Of a stretch of DNA of 51,040 nucleotides, positions 50,801 to 51,040 are shown piece after piece (the first letter of the stretch is position 1; the number at the start of each line of letters is the position of its first letter). Made by a program: the position numbers and the translations under genes. Below the pieces are notes generated by a model. The model saw nothing but the letters and a program-made list of their open reading frames with translations. It was not told the origin of the DNA and ran no database searches. The stretch is from Candidatus Gastranaerophilales bacterium (GTDB lineage: Bacteria; Cyanobacteriota; Vampirovibrionia; Gastranaerophilales; UBA9971), in the NCBI GenBank assembly GCA_028281965.1, contig JANQIY010000398.1, positions 1 through 51,040 of the forward strand, given 5' to 3'.

Positions 50801-51040
50801 TCCTGTTTTATCTGCAATAGATACCGACTCGTCATACGTTAGCGTTCCGCCCTCGTAGAAGGCGCCGATTGCATTGAAAAGATTTCCAAACAAGTTTCCA
50901 ACCTGACTCAGGATATTATTTGCTACTCCCATCAAACCTCTAAGAGGATCAAGAATCATTCCAAATACATTTGCGGCAATATCAACAGCTTTTGCTGCAA
51001 CGCTATCAACAAATCCAACCTGTAAGTCATTAATTTCAGC
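38861..51040 (-). CDS. Giant RTX / tandem ~95-aa-repeat calcium-binding adhesin-like protein, 5' end outside the window (more than 4059 codons)
   Basis: Dozens of GGxGxDxUx nonapeptides (YGGAGNDEI, YGEAGNDSL and others). Five HCBP-related modules (D.I.F...DL.F...DL.I...LT..WF....N.IE.IEF). Sixteen NDAPVA...YTP.A.F.G.DSFDYTISDGNGG repeats. Cys-poor acidic C-terminus typical of T1SS substrates. The frame stays open for 27 codons upstream of the ORF-track ATG, up to nt 51040. Confidence 0.9.
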   Translation of the reverse strand, partial: AEINDLQVGFVDSVAAKAVDIAANVFGMILDPLRGLMGVANNILSQVGNLFGNLFNAIGAFYEGGTLTYDESVSIADKTGELLISKTELINMDENGNDDGIINAADDVGFDNLQIWQDINEDGVQDAGEIKSLSDAGIIAINTEDADLYTAGNAASLSSSVDHDWYINQGYTISRESGPYTLIWEWNANEIKPFSNGTIMVGTHGNDDNMSPFYYISNSDPNYYEEFYPTTYIAGAGDDHITGNDKNNEIYGGAGNDEIVDPYQDSDDKIYGEAGNDSLIAGIGNDTVYGGEGDDLIVGMNPDIWTISETGETIPATQELLPGETDDDKLYGGVGNDTILAREGDDYIDGGAGADQMEGGDGNDIYIVNSANDNILEHQNEGYDKVYSAVNYLIGSDVEELKLIGEEDIHGTGNKLDNKITGNSGDNILDGVTGADTMVGQAGDDVYYVDNANDVVTEKVNEGTDTVQTSTSYTIGDNIENISLLSFSTPEKGIIDGNNVLVYGYPKQYELDYMQGDKNPEYKGTCALTSISNLFVQKGENITEEEVLNYAIQNDLTVTTTESDDPNLRGGTNMQEQIAILEGFGLQTTTLLGYDAELIAEKIKAGHGVVMGVNGGELWNDLDSLGNGEVNHVITISGVVYNSDDTEIVGFYICDSGRQKVSDMTRYISIAEFEAAANVINAYSFITVDPIKLWNPDIDAIGNALDNKLVGNEGNNVLDGAQGADILIGKDGNDRYIVDNIDDLTVEDENAGIDTVESSITHTLGKNIENLELSSSAAINGTGNELNNVIIGNTGNNLLEGNEGNDEFFGEEGNDTLIGGTGNDFLKDSSGNDEYRISSGDGQDVIIDFNGTDRVVFAADVNKSDLEFGINSYDLVVTNTVTSDSLTITNWFKYENNKIEEFYFESTSESLNIEQIHEEVNAVDSGLFQEKISIVLNGSAVSESELEALDTNSDGVIDANDAAFGNLEVWQDANEDGIGDVGEIKTLTEAGINFIRTENADVHTSGNGKYFNVNELAQVNNDEISSSTSYEVPTVTEPEKLVKSSDLYGDITSTNRLEWVFQNPDDVQSGYLDHPEYSDDYAELGAGNDSINGYIGNDVLFGQTGNDQLLGWDGSDYLHGGQGLDELYGVSGSNYLDGDMDNDNIHTADGPGDYAFGGAGDDLINYYSALDFGAGEAPVGSGNDYIDGESGNDTIYSYLGDNTVYGGTGFDWIELGNGNDYINGEQDDDTLFGLVGEDTVVGGDGNDHISGLVGYTDDNPVLQAGESDNDILLGGAGNDVLVGKLGNDTLIAGIGNDELLAGEGEDILYGEEGLDSLHGENGNDTLLGGADTDILKGGAGNDELYGEAGNDGLWGDVGDDLIAGGIGDDIISGFTEDADSKQTLETGETDNDTIYGEAGNDLVVGSVGDDFVSGGEGNDTLYGFTEPGATKTTLEINETDDDILSGNAGEDLLIGGFGNDTVFGGTENDELHGNEGDDFLYGEAGNDNLLGEVGDDVLYGGEGDDTITGFTSDTDPKQTLETGETDNDKLYGGLGDDSLIGRLGDDYLDGGAGADTMQGGAGNDTYVVNSFNDVVIENTGEGDNDKVFANITHVLSDNVEELKLIGSENIDATGNDLDNIISGNSGSNIIDGSLGADEMSGQEGDDVYYVDNVNDVVNERANEGIDTVRSNISWALGNNVENIELTDAGDLNATGNAQDNTITGNAGNNILDGQSGDDTYFFSGNWGSDLVIDSSGNDKIQFGNDISIADIQISRDGDNIILSKSGSTDIITLQNWFLSVDNRVENLEFIDGTLNSTDIETLATNYNPLATVDTAVLDEDGSVEIDVLTSATDADNDTLLVESFTQGANGSVSLGTNNKLIYVPIANFNGTDTFDYTISDGNGGTDTKTITVTINSINDAPVATIETATVDEDNSVEIDVIAASSDVDNDTLTIDSFSQGTNGAVTEVDGKLVYTPGADFNGTDSFDYTISDGNGGFNTKTVDVTVNSINDNPVATITSGNVDEDGSVEIDVIAGASDIDNQTLSIDSFTQGTNGTVANVDDKIVYTPNANFNGTDTFDYTISDGNGGTDTKTITVTVNSINDTPVATIETATVDEDNSVTVDVIAASSDVDNDTLAIDSFTQGMNGIVSQDVDNNLVYTPNANYNGTDTFDYTISDGNGGFDTKTITVTVNSINDNPVATVISETMDEDGQITIDGISSAQDVDGDNLTVQPGASALNGSVSVDGNNLTYTPDADFNGTDTISYSISDGNGGTVNNTVNITINSVNDDPIVTIASETVEENSSVTIDVLSGASDVDNDTLSIDSFTQGTNGTVENIDDKLVYTPNAGYEGTDNFDYTISDGNGGTVTQTITMTVNGINNDPTATLDSGVTNEDESVVLDVLASAQDLDDDTLIIDSFTQGTNGSVSQDAQDRLVYTPNSNYNGSDNFDYTISDGAGGFVTKTVNLTINAVNDAPTATLESGAVNEDENITLDVLSSSSDADNDTLIIDSFTQGANGIVSQDAQDRLIYTPDANYNGTDSFDYTISDGNGGTVTKTVNVTITSVNDAPVATIESASVDEDGSVEVDVLTASSDIDNDSLSIDSFTQGANGTVANIDEKLVYTPNADFNGTDSFDYTVSDGNGGFDTKTITVTVNAINDAPVATIDSVITDEDNSITVDVIAASSDVDNDTLTIDSFTQGTNGAVTEVDGKLVYTPGADFNGADSFDYTISDGNGGFDTKTITLTVNSVNDAPTATPLTASLDEDGSITISNALHQDFVDDIEGDTLNIEPNPTANNGSVSIDGNNLVYIPNADFNGVDTITYSISDGNGGIVENTVAVTVNSINDAPTATAMSTSVDEDGSVTFNAISDGITNFVDDIDGDMLTIEPGASANNGSVSINGQELTYTPNANFNGADTITYTVSDGNGGTVVNTVDATVNNINDLPVATIESAITDEDNSVEIDVLSGSSDIDLDTLTIDSFTQGTDGTVANVDNKLVYTPNANFNDTDSFDYTISDGNGGFDTKTITVTVNSINDAPVATITSGEVDENSSVEIDVLAGASDVDNDTLSIDSFTQGANGTVALDAQDRLVYTPNTDYSGSDSFDYTISDGNGGFVTQTVNMTINSGLTADILGTSGNDTLNGTSADEVIMGLEGNDKINGKGGADTMIGGIGNDVYTVWQSGDVVIENAGEGSDKVKSGIDYILGDNLEKLVLLGSNNINGTGNTKNNTITGNNSNNILDGAAGADTLKGKLGDDTYIIDNAGDSITENADEGTDSVQSSVSYTLSANVENLELTGSNNINATGNNLDNIIAGNSGNNILTGDAGNDTYLVNENWGTDEIIDTAGIDKVAFGNNITQAQLEFSQNINDLVISTIDQANTLTVKDWFISSDNKIETIEFFDSTSLSAAEVEALINSDNTPPTATIEAATVDEDGSVEVDVLAGASDVDEDALFIDSFTQGNYGGVANVNDKLVYTPNAEYNGTDSFDYTISDGNGGFDTKTITVTVNSVNDNPVATISYGSVDKNSTIAIDVLAGASDVDNDTLVIDSYTQGTNGTVSLDAQDRLVYTPNTDYEGADSFDYTISDGNGGTVTQTIDMTVNPDIIADIVGTSGDDSIVGTSADEVIAGLEGNDTIDATTGGADTIYGGLGHDSITMNYRNHYAVIYSGDGDDYIYNDSGCKVVINTEGGNDYVYNDGTWDGDVVIDTGDGNDYVIDEGENSIINTGFGDDEIFIDSSSRGNRIILDSAGNDKVILEYVRHDDNYVRFARNNSDIIIISDLIIGDLVTVKDWFVSNDNKIEIVEFHNGITYNPSELESSVDTYMINGTNNNDELIATDNSYKYMINGGLGIDSMTGNINDDIYYVDNSADVVIENVGEGKDTINSEISYTLPDNVENLSLLISYGGYTGTGNSLDNNIEGSWGNDTLIGNDGNDILYGWGGNDLFNGGPGNDTLYGEGVNDRYIFNIGDDLDTIWDSGGIDTISFESGVVKSDIAIFIDASDKLVIDYDVIVSDSQITVQDQNSYTIERFELSTGEYLTDADVNQIVQDITAYADANSIALNSVEDVKNNTELMNIVTGAWHS
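40301..40855 (-). repeat. Tandem ~92-aa Ig/cadherin-like repeats R15-R16 (aa 3369-3553 of the ORF-track protein)
   Basis: Counted by hand: N(T/D)xP(T/V)ATI...VD(E/K)..S..(V/I)DVLAGASDVD.D.L.IDS(F/Y)TQG...LVYTPN..Y.G.DSFDYTISDGNGG. Confidence 0.85.
41726..45622 (-). repeat. Tandem array of 14 Ig/cadherin-like repeats of 91-97 aa, R1-R14 (aa 1780-3078)
   Basis: Repeat boundaries counted residue by residue; the total reconciles exactly with the 4032-aa ORF length. Some copies are near-identical at nucleotide level, for example about 42950-43080 versus 45170-45300. Confidence 0.9.
48965..49567 (-). other. Internal papain-fold cysteine peptidase domain, Peptidase_C39_2-like (aa about 465-665 of the giant protein)
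   Basis: MQGDKNPEYKGTCALTSISNLFVQKGENI supplies the Gln and the Cys499 nucleophile (TGT at 49463-49465). GEVNHVITISGVVYN supplies His605. VGFYICDSG supplies Asp. The order and spacing Q...C...H...D match clan CA/C39-like enzymes. Confidence 0.6.

Overview
All calls rest on motif recognition and hand translation; no database search or computation was run. The window is AT-rich chromosomal DNA from a flagellated diderm bacterium: it carries a TolC/RND/MFP efflux operon, a FliY-type flagellar switch protein, RNase HIII and two full-length RpoD-like sigma factors. A low-GC diderm such as a non-photosynthetic cyanobacterial sibling lineage is only a guess.

Positions 1-31.4 kb are mostly housekeeping genes:
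- Minus strand: a second RpoD-like sigma factor, rlmB-lipA-lpd, fliL-fliM-fliY, and dgt-(small membrane protein)-dnaG-rpoD.
- Plus strand: hemerythrin, tRNA-Leu(UAG), polyprenyl synthase, lepB, a possible omega subunit and rnhC.
- Then a TetR-regulated MFP-RND-TolC operon, tRNA-Gly(GCC), tig-clpP-clpX, a few orphan genes (EF-hand protein, PHP phosphoesterase, Cys-cluster membrane protein) and cobO.

Positions 31.5-38.8 kb look accessory. They hold a translationally coupled Type I R-M operon, hsdM-hsdS-X-hsdR, in which X is an AlbA_2/Schlafen-like + HATPase_c_4 + wHTH protein. X carries an in-frame G6-rich 12-nt tandem repeat. Next to the operon is a frameshifted and internally deleted serine recombinase remnant.

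Positions 38.9-51.04 kb are one giant RTX / tandem ~95-aa-repeat adhesin-like gene of more than 4059 codons. It is still open at the window edge and contains an internal C39_2-like cysteine peptidase domain.

I saw no rRNA, no CRISPR array and no intact transposase. The most interesting items are the non-canonical gene embedded in the R-M operon, the peptidase inside the RTX giant, and an unexplained 351-nt terminator-containing intergenic region that shares a conserved element with the dgt upstream region.
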